64,000 nt of DNA, from assembly GCA_965217585.1 (NCBI GenBank), contig OZ244561.1:6400001-6464000 (forward strand). The letters are read 5' to 3'. The stretch comes from Candidatus Latescibacterota bacterium. GTDB lineage: Bacteria > Latescibacterota > UBA2968 > UBA8231. Position 1 is the stretch's first letter. The number at the start of each line of letters is the position of its first letter. Shown in pieces: positions 1 to 9,035 of this stretch. The notes beneath the pieces are model-generated. The model saw nothing but the letters and a program-made list of their open reading frames with translations. It searched no databases and was not told the origin of the DNA. Both the position numbers and the translations under genes were made by a program.

Positions 1-570
1 GACGAGATCTTCCTGCTGACGGGTCGGCCTCTGCCAGAGGCGTCGTATTACGATGCGTTTCCCCAGCTAGAAAACGGCATCGGCATGGTCCGCTCCTTTC
101 TCGACACTTGGGACGGGGCCAGCAAGAGGCTGCCGATCCGCACTGCCGAGGCCGTGCGGATCGGCCTGCTGACCGGGCGCTTGGCCGAGCGAATCCTCGT
201 GCCCCTAGTGGCTAGGCTGAATGCCATTGAGAACGTACAGATCGATCTCCTGCCGGTAGATAACGACTTTTTCGGCCACGGCATCACCGTGTCGGGCCTG
301 CTGACGGGCCGTGATATGGTGGCGAGCGCGCGCGACGGAATCCAGCGGGATTTGGTCTTGCTGCCGCCCAATTGCGTCAATGGCGAGGGCCTGACGCTGG
401 ACGACATGACCGTGCCTCAACTTGCGGAAGAGGTCGGCGTCCCCCTCGCGGTAGGGGGGTACGACTTGGTCGAATCGCTCGAGCGCTTTTGGGCTGATCG
501 GCACGTGAAAGTGCAAGGGGAGGGGCGGCAGCTAACCGAGCTGGGTTATTACATAGGGCGCGAAAAATGA
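1..570 (+). CDS. DUF512-domain (radical-SAM-associated) protein, 5'-truncated by window edge
   Basis: Frame open from base 1 (DEIFLLTGRPLPEASYYDAFPQLENGIGMVR...NDFFGHGITVSGLLTGRD...LDD) matches DUF512 motifs; commonly upstream of der; ATGA overlap with der. Confidence 0.8.
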   Translation, partial: DEIFLLTGRPLPEASYYDAFPQLENGIGMVRSFLDTWDGASKRLPIRTAEAVRIGLLTGRLAERILVPLVARLNAIENVQIDLLPVDNDFFGHGITVSGLLTGRDMVASARDGIQRDLVLLPPNCVNGEGLTLDDMTVPQLAEEVGVPLAVGGYDLVESLERFWADRHVKVQGEGRQLTELGYYIGREK

Positions 571-1922
571 GCACCCAAACCGTCGAGAGCCATCGCCGGC
601 CCATCGTGGCGATTGTCGGGCGCCCCAACGTGGGCAAATCGACCCTTTTCAACCGCATCTTGGGGACCCGGTGGGCCATAACCGACGGCCAGCCCGGGGT
701 CACGCGCGATCAGATATTCGCCGCGGCCGAATGGGGAGGGCGGTCCTTCACTTTGGTGGATACGGGGGGCTATATGCCCAGTGCCAAAGATGCGCTATCC
801 ACGGCCGTGTTCTCCCAAGCGGCAAAGGCACTGGCAGAAGCGGATATAGCGATTTTTCTTTGCGACGGGACCACGGGAGTGACCGATCTCGACCAAGAGA
901 TGGGGGCCATGCTACGCAACGGAGGTGGGAAGTGCTTGCTGGTCGTCAACAAGGTCGATGGGGTGGGGCCGGTTGCTTCGCTCGACGAATTCTATCGGCT
1001 CGGCTTGGGGGATCCCCTGCCGGTTTCAGCCGTTACCGGGCGGCGTTCCGGAGACCTACTCGACGCGCTCATTGCGCTCTTCGACGAGGCCGGGGTTTAT
1101 GGGTCGGAATGGGACGAGGAGGCGATTCGGGTCGCTTTGGTCGGTCGGCCCAACGTGGGCAAATCCACGCTGATCAACCGCCTCGCAGGCTATCAGGTTT
1201 CCATCGTTCACGACCGGCCCGGTACGACCCGGGACCCAACCCAACTGCGCTTGGCTTGGCAGGATAACCACCTGCTGTTCGTGGATACGGCCGGTTTGCG
1301 GAGGCGATCTAAGGTCGATGATCCGGTGGAATTCTACAGCACGCGCCGGGCGGCCAACAGCATCACTCAAGCCGATGTGGCGGTCGTTCTCCTAGATAGC
1401 GCCGAGGGGTGGGTCATGCAGGACGCCCGCATCATGGAGCAGGTGATAAAGTCTGGATGCGGCTTGGTGGTGGCGATCAATAAATGGGATTTAGTCGCCG
1501 AGAAAACCGCAGCCGAGTACCGCCGCGAGCTGCGCGACCGCTATCCTTTTTTGCGCGACTATCCGGTGCTGTGCATATCGGGCTTGACCGGGCGGCGGGT
1601 TCATAAGTGTCTCGAAGTGGTGGCCGCGGTGGGCAACAAGCGCCGGACGAGGATTCCCACCGCGCGCTTGAATAAGATCATTCAGCAACTCTCCGGCGAG
1701 TACTTGGCGACTCAAGATGGCCGAGATATCCGCCTACTTTACGCCACCCAACACGCGATCAACCCGCCGGCGTTTACAATCTTTACGAATCTGCCCCGCT
1801 CCGTGCCGGGGAATTATCGACGCCACATCGAAAATCGACTGAGGTCGGAGTTTGATTTCGAGGGAACGCCCTTACGCATCGTCTGGCGTCGTCGCAAGGG
1901 GTACAGGGAAATGCGATCGTGA
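567..1922 (+). CDS. der: Ribosome biogenesis GTPase Der (EngA)
   Basis: Two tandem G domains (GRPNVGKS x2, DTGG/DTAG, NKVD/NKWD) and a C-terminal KH-like domain. Confidence 0.97.
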   Translation: MSTQTVESHRRPIVAIVGRPNVGKSTLFNRILGTRWAITDGQPGVTRDQIFAAAEWGGRSFTLVDTGGYMPSAKDALSTAVFSQAAKALAEADIAIFLCDGTTGVTDLDQEMGAMLRNGGGKCLLVVNKVDGVGPVASLDEFYRLGLGDPLPVSAVTGRRSGDLLDALIALFDEAGVYGSEWDEEAIRVALVGRPNVGKSTLINRLAGYQVSIVHDRPGTTRDPTQLRLAWQDNHLLFVDTAGLRRRSKVDDPVEFYSTRRAANSITQADVAVVLLDSAEGWVMQDARIMEQVIKSGCGLVVAINKWDLVAEKTAAEYRRELRDRYPFLRDYPVLCISGLTGRRVHKCLEVVAAVGNKRRTRIPTARLNKIIQQLSGEYLATQDGRDIRLLYATQHAINPPAFTIFTNLPRSVPGNYRRHIENRLRSEFDFEGTPLRIVWRRRKGYREMRS

Positions 1923-2341
1923 AGAACCCATTGCAAAACAAGCTGTATTACAGCATCAGCGAAGTCGCAGAACTCACACAGCTGCAACCCTACACGCTCA
2001 GGGCGTGGGAGAAGGAGTTTGCCTGTTTGCGGCCGCGGCGAGCGCGCGGTGGGAAAAACAGGGCCTATAGGGAGCGCGATATAGGGATCATCCTATTGCT
2101 CAAACGCCTCCTCTACGAGGAGCGCTACACGACGCAGGGCGTAAAGAAGAAGCTCAAAGACGAACCCGAGCTCCTGAGTCAGGTCGGAGAGCAAGTACCT
2201 GTTTTGCGCGCTAAACAGCAGAGCAGTCCCGCTCCAGTAGTGGAGCGGACGGACCTCGAAACCGCACAGAACCGGGAGGCCGCATTCAGAATGATCAAAG
2301 AGGCCAAAAAGGAGTTGCGCGAGATTTTGCGCTTTCTCTAG
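1919..2341 (+). CDS. MerR-family HTH transcriptional regulator
   Basis: KLYYSISEVAELT...TLRAWEKEF...NRAY...LLYEERYT pattern; GTGA overlap with der stop. Confidence 0.85.
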   Translation: MKNPLQNKLYYSISEVAELTQLQPYTLRAWEKEFACLRPRRARGGKNRAYRERDIGIILLLKRLLYEERYTTQGVKKKLKDEPELLSQVGEQVPVLRAKQQSSPAPVVERTDLETAQNREAAFRMIKEAKKELREILRFL

Positions 2342-2373
2342 CGTTGGCATTTGGCGGGGGCTGTTAAGTCGTC

Positions 2374-2407
2374 TTGCCTAAATCAATATAATCCCATATT
2401 TTATAAT
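2374..2407 (+). promoter_or_regulatory. Putative sigma70 promoter of rimP-nusA-infB operon
   Basis: TTGCCT-17bp-TATTTT, plus two TATAAT hexamers (2387, 2402) within a TATAATCCCA direct repeat. Confidence 0.5.
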
Positions 2408-2411
2408 CCCA

Positions 2412-2438
2412 GAGTGGGCGTCATAGCCCACTTTTTTC
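2412..2438 (+). promoter_or_regulatory. rimP leader hairpin / attenuator-like terminator
   Basis: AGTGGGC-gtcata-GCCCACT followed by a T-run just upstream of rimP; resembles the GAGTGGG..CCCACTTTT leader found upstream of rimP-nusA in many bacteria. Confidence 0.7.
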
Positions 2439-2909
2439 TTGAGGGAGAAAGCGCGTATTTCCGCCGTAGATAAATTCGCATTAAAGGCCGATATAGTAGT
2501 TCTTGTCGAACCCATTATCCGCGAGCACGAGGCTGAACTCGTCGATATCGAACTCAGCGGTGCCCAAGGCAATCAACTAGTCCGATTATTGGTTCACAAA
2601 AACTGCGGCATAACGCTGGCCACCTGTGAGTTAATCAGTCGCGAAGTGGCCGATCTTTTCGACATAGAAGATCCCATTGCCGGACGGTATCGACTCGAAG
2701 TTACCTCGCCGGGATTGGACCGGCCCCTAGAGACCGATGGGGATTTCACCCGTGCCCGTGGCCGTTTGCTAAAAGTCGTGCTCACGTCCGGCCGAGTTGT
2801 CAAAGGTCGGCTGGTCGCTTGGGAAGCCGACCAGATTCAGCTCGACAGCCCAGCCGAGTCCGTGGCGCGGGCCGATATTGCTAAAGCCAACATCGAACCA
2901 GAATTGTAA
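2439..2909 (+). CDS. rimP: Ribosome maturation factor RimP (start uncertain)
   Basis: YRLEVTSPGLDRPL signature; position upstream of nusA. Confidence 0.93.
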   Translation: MREKARISAVDKFALKADIVVLVEPIIREHEAELVDIELSGAQGNQLVRLLVHKNCGITLATCELISREVADLFDIEDPIAGRYRLEVTSPGLDRPLETDGDFTRARGRLLKVVLTSGRVVKGRLVAWEADQIQLDSPAESVARADIAKANIEPEL

Positions 2910-2932
2910 GCAGCGAAGGTCGAGCAAAAAAC

Positions 2933-4339
2933 ATGAATAACGCGAACATTGTCGAAGCCTTGGGGCAGATTGCCCGCGAAAAAAACGTCGACCGAGAATT
3001 GGTGGTGCAAACCCTCGTCGACGCCCTGATTTCCGCCGCCAAGAGGCACTACGGCAATACCGAGAATTACGAAGTTGACATCGACGCGGCCCAAGGCAGG
3101 ATGGCCGTGTACGCCCGCAAGACCGTCGTCGAAGAAGTGGTCGAGCCGTCCATGGAGATTCTCCTCGCCGACGCCCGCGACATCGACCCCCATGCCCAAC
3201 TAGGCTCCGTGCTGGTGCAGCAGCTCAATTTCGCCGACTTTGGCCGCAACGCCATACAGACCGCAAAGCAAATTCTCATTCAGCGGGTCCGTGAAGCCGA
3301 GCGCGAGCGGATATACGACGAATTTATCAGCCGGGTTGGCCTCGTCGAATCCGGTACCGTACAGCAGATCAGCCACGGCGACATCGTCCTCAACCTCGGA
3401 CGGGCCGAGGCGGCCGTTCCATACAAAGAGCAAATCCGCCGCGAGCGTTACCGCCAAGGCGATGCCGTGCGGGGCTATATATACGAAGTGCTCAAGTCGA
3501 GCCGGGGGCCTCAGGTCTTACTCTCCCGCACTCGGCCCGAATTCCTCAGGAAGCTCTTTGCCACGGAAGTGCCGGAGATAGCCGAAGGTATCGTCGATAT
3601 TCACGGCGTGGCCCGCGAGCCAGGTGAGCGGGCAAAGATCGCGGTCAGTAGCAGTGATGAACGCGTCGATCCGGTGGGGGCCTGTGTCGGGGTGAAGGGG
3701 TCGCGGGTGCAAGCCATCGTCAGAGAATTGAGCGGCGAGCGCATAGATATCGTTCCTTGGATCGACGAGCCGGATATATTCATAAGCCGGGCGCTAAGCC
3801 CGGCCACTGTGGTGCGCTGCATCACGGATTCGCGCCGCCGGCACGCCGTCGTGCTCGTCGAAGAAGATCAGTTATCGCTGGCCATTGGCAAGGGCGGACA
3901 AAATACCAAACTCGCCAGCCAGCTCACGGGTTGGGGTCTCGATATCATCACCGACGAGCAATACCAAGAGCGCCGCGCCAAGCAGGAGAAGTACCAGCAA
4001 GTATTCCGCCAGATAGATGGTATTAGCGAACTGATTGCCCTGAGTTTGACCACATCCGGTTTCGACTCCATTGCCTCGGTCGCCGAGGCCGATTTGGAGC
4101 TATTGCAGACCGTGCCAGGCCTAGAGCTAGCCGAAACCGCCCACGGGATAAAGGCGGCAGCAGCAGCGTATCTTGCCGAACACGGCGAGGTCGATATCGA
4201 GGCATTGGTCGCTGCTGAGGGGGAAGAGGCCGCTGAGCAAGAGAAGGAAGAGATGGCTGAACAAGAGGGGGAAGAAGTGCTCGCCACGCCCGCTGCGGGC
4301 ACGAGTGGAGAAGATGAGGCAGACCAAAGGGCCGAGTAG
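2933..4339 (+). CDS. nusA: Transcription termination/antitermination factor NusA
   Basis: FGRNAIQTAKQ, S1 and KH domains (DPVGACVGVKGSRVQ, AIGKGGQN), acidic C-terminus. Confidence 0.97.
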   Translation: MNNANIVEALGQIAREKNVDRELVVQTLVDALISAAKRHYGNTENYEVDIDAAQGRMAVYARKTVVEEVVEPSMEILLADARDIDPHAQLGSVLVQQLNFADFGRNAIQTAKQILIQRVREAERERIYDEFISRVGLVESGTVQQISHGDIVLNLGRAEAAVPYKEQIRRERYRQGDAVRGYIYEVLKSSRGPQVLLSRTRPEFLRKLFATEVPEIAEGIVDIHGVAREPGERAKIAVSSSDERVDPVGACVGVKGSRVQAIVRELSGERIDIVPWIDEPDIFISRALSPATVVRCITDSRRRHAVVLVEEDQLSLAIGKGGQNTKLASQLTGWGLDIITDEQYQERRAKQEKYQQVFRQIDGISELIALSLTTSGFDSIASVAEADLELLQTVPGLELAETAHGIKAAAAAYLAEHGEVDIEALVAAEGEEAAEQEKEEMAEQEGEEVLATPAAGTSGEDEADQRAE

Positions 4340-4355
4340 CTGAGGGAGTAGGTTT

Positions 4356-6710
4356 TTGGAAAAGCGCCGGGTTTATCAAGTAGCCAAAGAACAGAAGCTA
4401 TCCAGCGATGCGCTCATATCCATGCTCAAGGGCATGGATATGGAAGTCAGAAGCCATATGAGCGTAGTTACGCCCGAGATGCTGGAGGCGATCAACCGCA
4501 AGCTGGCTGAAGAGAAGAAGAGCTCGATAGAGGAAGTAAAGCGGCAGAAGGCCAAAGAAGATAGCCGCAAACAGGCCGATGGCTCCCGGCCCGAGCGCCG
4601 CGAAAAGGGGCCGGGGACCCGCAAAAAGAGCACCGGGGAGGTAGCCGGGGAGCGCACCGCGCCGCTGCCCGATAAGGCCGAAGGAGGTCGTCGTCGCGGC
4701 CGCCGCCGCGGCAAGGGCCAGGAAGGCTTGGAAAGCGTCCGCGAGGAATTGGGCGAAAAGCGGGAAGTAACCGCTCAGGCCAATTTGCCTGGAGCGCCTA
4801 CAAAGCGCCGACGGGGGAAGCGGCGCAAAGGGACGCCCGACGCCAAGGCCGTCCAAGAAAGCGTGCGGCGGACCTTGAGTCAGCTCAACGAAGGCCGGGT
4901 GCGCCGCCGCTATGAGCGCGGGCCGCGTGAAGACGGCGCCGGGGAAGATGGTGAGATTCGCCAGATCAAGGTCAGCGAGTTTATCACGCTCGGTGAATTT
5001 GCCGAACAAGTCGGCGTCAAGGTCAGCGAAGTGATCGCCCTGTGTCTGCAAATGGGCGCAATGGCGACCATCAATCAACGCCTCGATATGGACACCATGC
5101 AGACGCTGGCCGACGAGTTGGGCTGCGAAGTGATCCCGCTGGAGGCCGAAGAAGTCGAGTTGGAAGAGATCGTCGAGGAGGAAGAGATCGGCGAACCCGA
5201 GCCGCGTCCGCCGGTCGTCACCGTCATGGGCCACGTCGATCACGGCAAAACCTCGTTGCTCGACTACTTGCGCGAAAGCAAGGTGGCCGAAGGCGAGTCT
5301 GGAGGCATTACCCAGCACATCGGGGCGTACGTGATCAACATGGAAGACGGTCGCGGTGTGACGTTTCTCGACACCCCAGGGCACGCGGCCTTTACGGCGA
5401 TGCGGGCCCGCGGTTCAAGGGTAACCGACATCGTGATTTTGGTGGTGGCGGCTGACGACAGCGTTATGCCGCAAACCATTGAAGCGATCGACCACGCCAA
5501 GGCTGCGCAGGTTCCCTTAGTCGTCGCGATCAACAAAATAGACTTACCTACGGCCGACCCAGACAAAATCAAGCGGGAGCTGGCAGAAAGGGGGGTCTTA
5601 GTCGAAGAGTGGGGAGGCCAAGTTCCCTGCGGCGAAATTTCCGCCAAGACCGGACAGGGCATAGATCACTTGCTGGAAATTCTCCTCATCGTGGCCGAGT
5701 TGCTTGAGTTGCAAGCCAACCCCTATAAGAAAGCCCGTGGGACGATCGTCGAAGCCCACCTCGACAAGGGGCGGGGCCCCGTGGCTACGGTCTTGGTGCA
5801 AGAGGGGACGCTCCGCGTCGGTGAGCCTTTTATTACCGGAGTCTACAGCGGCAGGATTCGCGCCCTTCTCGACGAGCATGGTCAACGCGTCCAAGAAGCG
5901 AAACCCTCCGTGCCCGTCCAGGTGCTCGGGTTGCCCGGGGTCCCGCAAGCTGGGGATGTTTTCGCCGTTGCCAATTCCGAGCGCGAGGCCAAGGACCTGA
6001 GCCAGCGGCGGCAGCTCATCAAGCGCGAGCAGGATCACCGCAAGCTGCGCACGGTCACGCTCAGCGATTTACATGATCAGATCCAGCAGGGCCACATCCA
6101 AGAACTGCGGGTGGTGGTCAAAGGCGATGTCGATGGGTCGGTCGAGGCCATAGCCGAAGAGCTGGGCCGCATAACCCACGAAGAAGTGCGGGTTAACGTC
6201 ATTCACAGCGCGGTGGGGGCCATCTCGGAATCGGATGTGCTGCTGGCGGCGGCCTCCAGCGCCATTTTGCTCGGTTTTCACGTAAGCACCCAACCCTCTG
6301 CCCGCGACCTCGCCGCACAGGAGGGCGTGGAAATTCGCAACTACCGGATCATCTACGAGGTCATCGAGGATGTGCGGGCCGCCTTGGCTGGCCTCTTGGC
6401 CCCGACGACCGAAGAACAGGTGGTCGGTCGAGCCGAAATCCGCCAAATCTTTACTTCGTCCCGCATGGGGACTATCGGCGGTTGTTTGGTGCAAGACGGC
6501 ACCATCGCCCGCAGCAATCAGGTGCGGATTTTGCGCGATGGCCAAGTCGTCTTTACCGGGGAGCTTACCTCGTTGCGGCGGTTCAAGGACGACGTGCGGG
6601 AGGTCTCCGAGGGATTCGAGTGCGGTATGGGCTTTGCGGGGTTCGACGACATCGCAGAAGGCGATATCGTCGAGTCCCTTGTTGTAGTGGAGACCGAGCG
6701 GACGCTCTAG
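4356..6710 (+). CDS. infB: Translation initiation factor IF-2
   Basis: [32 protein letters not shown] motifs; TTG start after GGGAG. Confidence 0.98.
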   Translation: MEKRRVYQVAKEQKLSSDALISMLKGMDMEVRSHMSVVTPEMLEAINRKLAEEKKSSIEEVKRQKAKEDSRKQADGSRPERREKGPGTRKKSTGEVAGERTAPLPDKAEGGRRRGRRRGKGQEGLESVREELGEKREVTAQANLPGAPTKRRRGKRRKGTPDAKAVQESVRRTLSQLNEGRVRRRYERGPREDGAGEDGEIRQIKVSEFITLGEFAEQVGVKVSEVIALCLQMGAMATINQRLDMDTMQTLADELGCEVIPLEAEEVELEEIVEEEEIGEPEPRPPVVTVMGHVDHGKTSLLDYLRESKVAEGESGGITQHIGAYVINMEDGRGVTFLDTPGHAAFTAMRARGSRVTDIVILVVAADDSVMPQTIEAIDHAKAAQVPLVVAINKIDLPTADPDKIKRELAERGVLVEEWGGQVPCGEISAKTGQGIDHLLEILLIVAELLELQANPYKKARGTIVEAHLDKGRGPVATVLVQEGTLRVGEPFITGVYSGRIRALLDEHGQRVQEAKPSVPVQVLGLPGVPQAGDVFAVANSEREAKDLSQRRQLIKREQDHRKLRTVTLSDLHDQIQQGHIQELRVVVKGDVDGSVEAIAEELGRITHEEVRVNVIHSAVGAISESDVLLAAASSAILLGFHVSTQPSARDLAAQEGVEIRNYRIIYEVIEDVRAALAGLLAPTTEEQVVGRAEIRQIFTSSRMGTIGGCLVQDGTIARSNQVRILRDGQVVFTGELTSLRRFKDDVREVSEGFECGMGFAGFDDIAEGDIVESLVVVETERTL

Positions 6711-6726
6711 CGGCGGTTGACTTGTT

Positions 6727-7008
6727 TTGATCGTTATGAGCTGTGCGGTGCAAATCTATATCGGCGATAGCCATTCACTCAAAGACAAGCGGCGAGTCCT
6801 CAACAGCCTCAAGGAGCGCATCCGCAACCGCTTTAACGCGGCCGTGGCCGAAGTAGATGACCACGCGCTTTGGCAGCGGGCGGTGCTGGGGATTGCCGTG
6901 GTGAGTTCGGCCGTTGAACACTGCGACGAGATGCTAACCAAAATCGTCAACTTCGTCGAAGGCGATCCCCGGGTGCATATCCTCGACTACCAAATGGAAG
7001 TACACTGA
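6727..7008 (+). CDS. DUF503 (YlxP-like) protein
   Basis: SHSLKDKRRVLNSLKERIRNRFNAAVAEVDDHALWQRA; canonical position between infB and rbfA. Confidence 0.9.
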   Translation: MIVMSCAVQIYIGDSHSLKDKRRVLNSLKERIRNRFNAAVAEVDDHALWQRAVLGIAVVSSAVEHCDEMLTKIVNFVEGDPRVHILDYQMEVH

Positions 7009-7014
7009 GCGCAG

Positions 7015-7368
7015 GTGGCCTCCCCTCAACGAATTAGCCGAGTGCGCGGGCAGTTGCTACGCGAGCTGACCGACATCGTAGGGCGGATGAAGGATCCGAG
7101 GCTGCTGCTGGTCCAAATCGTTGATGTAGAACTCTCCGCCGACATGAGCTATGCCACGATCTTTGTCAGCACACTCGGCAACGCAGACGACAAAAAGCAG
7201 GTGCTCCAAGGAATGCACCGGGGCTTGGGTTTTATGCGCCGAGAAATCGCCCAGCGCATGCGCTTGCGCTACGCACCCCAGTTGCGGGTTGCATACGATG
7301 ACACCACCGAGCGCGCCGCGCGCGTCACGGCCCTGATCGATAGCCTCGGTGGAGCGCAGCATGGCTGA
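7015..7368 (+). CDS. rbfA: 30S ribosome-binding factor A
   Basis: DPR...VELSADMSYA...GFMRREIAQRMRLRYAPQL pattern; synteny. Confidence 0.93.
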   Translation: MASPQRISRVRGQLLRELTDIVGRMKDPRLLLVQIVDVELSADMSYATIFVSTLGNADDKKQVLQGMHRGLGFMRREIAQRMRLRYAPQLRVAYDDTTERAARVTALIDSLGGAQHG

Positions 7369-8257
7369 TCCGGCCTTGACCGGGGTTTTGGTCATCGACA
7401 AAGCCAAAGGCCCCACTTCCCACGACGTAATCGCCTCGCTCAGACGCCTATTGCAGTTGCGGCGCATTGGTCATTGCGGCACGCTGGATCCTTTGGCCAG
7501 CGGCGTCTTGGTCGTTTGCCTGGGTCGCTATACCCGGCTCAACCGGTGGCTCAGCGGCGCGGATAAGGAATACGAGGCCGAGATTTGTCTGGGAGCTATA
7601 AGTGCTACGGGCGATGCTGAGGGTCCGATCCGCCACCAAGCGGATTGCGCGTCTCCTACCGACCAAAGCGTGGCCCAAGCCCTGAGCGATTTTACGGGTG
7701 CCATAGACCAAGTGCCGCCGGCGCATTCAGCGGTAAAGGTAGCCGGAGTACGCTCGTACAAGCGGGCACGTCGAGGGGACAAGGTCGTTCTCAAATCCCG
7801 CCGGGTCCACATTCACGCAATGGAGTTGCTCGGCTACGATTTCCCCAGATTAGGCGTGAGAATCCACTGCTCGGCGGGAACGTACATTCGCTCGTTGGCT
7901 GCCGATATGGGACGCGCCTTGGGGCCCGGTGCCTACTTGGCTGAATTGCGTCGACTGCGCGCCGGTGGTCTCGGGCTGGACAAAGCCCTGACGTTGGAGC
8001 AAGTAGCAAGCCTTAGTAGAGCGGGCCAAATTGAAAAAGCCCTCGTCCATCCGCGCTTGGCGTTGAGCGAGTTGGCGGCTGTCGAGCTGAACGAGGTCAA
8101 GCTGGTCGACTTCGCCCATGGGAAGGTGATCGAGTACCCGGCTGGTGCAGGCCCGCGCGAGGTTTGCGCGGTTTTTGACGCCACAGAAACCTTGTTTGGC
8201 CTCGCACGGTGGGAGAAGGGGGCGTTGCGGCCCCTTTGCGTTCTGCGCCAACCTTAG
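7361..8257 (+). CDS. truB: tRNA pseudouridine(55) synthase TruB
   Basis: DKAKGPTSHD, GHCGTLDPLASG, CSAGTYIRSLAAD. Confidence 0.96.
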   Translation: MADPALTGVLVIDKAKGPTSHDVIASLRRLLQLRRIGHCGTLDPLASGVLVVCLGRYTRLNRWLSGADKEYEAEICLGAISATGDAEGPIRHQADCASPTDQSVAQALSDFTGAIDQVPPAHSAVKVAGVRSYKRARRGDKVVLKSRRVHIHAMELLGYDFPRLGVRIHCSAGTYIRSLAADMGRALGPGAYLAELRRLRAGGLGLDKALTLEQVASLSRAGQIEKALVHPRLALSELAAVELNEVKLVDFAHGKVIEYPAGAGPREVCAVFDATETLFGLARWEKGALRPLCVLRQP

Positions 8258-8677
8258 ATGGCGGGCGCTGGCGTTCATTTTTCCGGCTGCGTCACGAGGG
8301 GCCAAGGACGCGGTAGAACACTAGGGTTTCCCACTGCGAATTTGCTGCCCCAAGGCGGTGAGCCTTTGCCGCAGGGGGTATTTGCTGCCGCAGTGCAATA
8401 CCCCGGCAGTCGGGTATTGCAGGCCGTGGCCCATATCGGCCCCCGGCCCACATTCGCCGAAGCAGCCCTAGTTGTCGAGTTGCACATACTCGATTTTGCC
8501 GGCGACCTCTACGGACAAGACCTACAGGTCGCCCTCGTAAAGAAGCTGCGCGACCATCGCGCATTTGCCTGTCCAGACGAACTGGTAGGGCAAATCCGCA
8601 GAGACATTCACCAAGCACGTGCCCTGTTCGCCTCCAGTGCTGAAGGCGGAAAACGCGACGCGAAATACGGAGGTTGA
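8258..8677 (+). CDS. Riboflavin kinase domain only (monofunctional; lacks the N-terminal FAD synthetase domain of RibF)
   Basis: GRGRTLGFPTAN, GPRPTF, ELHILDFAGDLYG; 139 aa, starts immediately after truB stop. Confidence 0.88.
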   Translation: MAGAGVHFSGCVTRGQGRGRTLGFPTANLLPQGGEPLPQGVFAAAVQYPGSRVLQAVAHIGPRPTFAEAALVVELHILDFAGDLYGQDLQVALVKKLRDHRAFACPDELVGQIRRDIHQARALFASSAEGGKRDAKYGG

Positions 8678-8679
8678 AG

Positions 8680-8946
8680 GTGTCAATAACAACTGAACGC
8701 AAGAAAGAACTAATCGAAAAATTCGGCCAGGAGGGTGGCCCTGGATCCGCCCCGGTGCAGATTGCCATTCTCACCGAGCGCATCCAGAACCTGACCGAAC
8801 ACCTCAAAGACCAGCAAAAAGACTTTGCCACGCGGCGGGGATTACTCGTACTCATAGGCAAAAGGAGGCGATTGCAGAACTACTACCAAAAGAAAAACCC
8901 GCAGGAATATGCGGCGTTGATCCACGAGCTTGGATTGCGTCGCTAG
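8680..8946 (+). CDS. rpsO: 30S ribosomal protein S15
   Basis: GSAPVQIAILTERIQNLTEHLK...RRGLLVLIGKRRRL...LGLRR; GGAGG RBS before GTG. Confidence 0.96.
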   Translation: MSITTERKKELIEKFGQEGGPGSAPVQIAILTERIQNLTEHLKDQQKDFATRRGLLVLIGKRRRLQNYYQKKNPQEYAALIHELGLRR

Positions 8947-9035
8947 CTCGTACTGAGCTACTCACCGCGGTGTCCGCTGGCGCGGGTGCTGCACAGAATT
9001 CAAAACCTCAAAGGAAAGAGCAAAAGATATATCTA

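Noticed and set aside
4398-5384. Long antisense and alternate-frame ORFs (also 9362-10132, 10286-11122, 53004-54041, 50615-51538)
   Set aside because: Shadow ORFs of well-supported genes, expected in GC-rich DNA.
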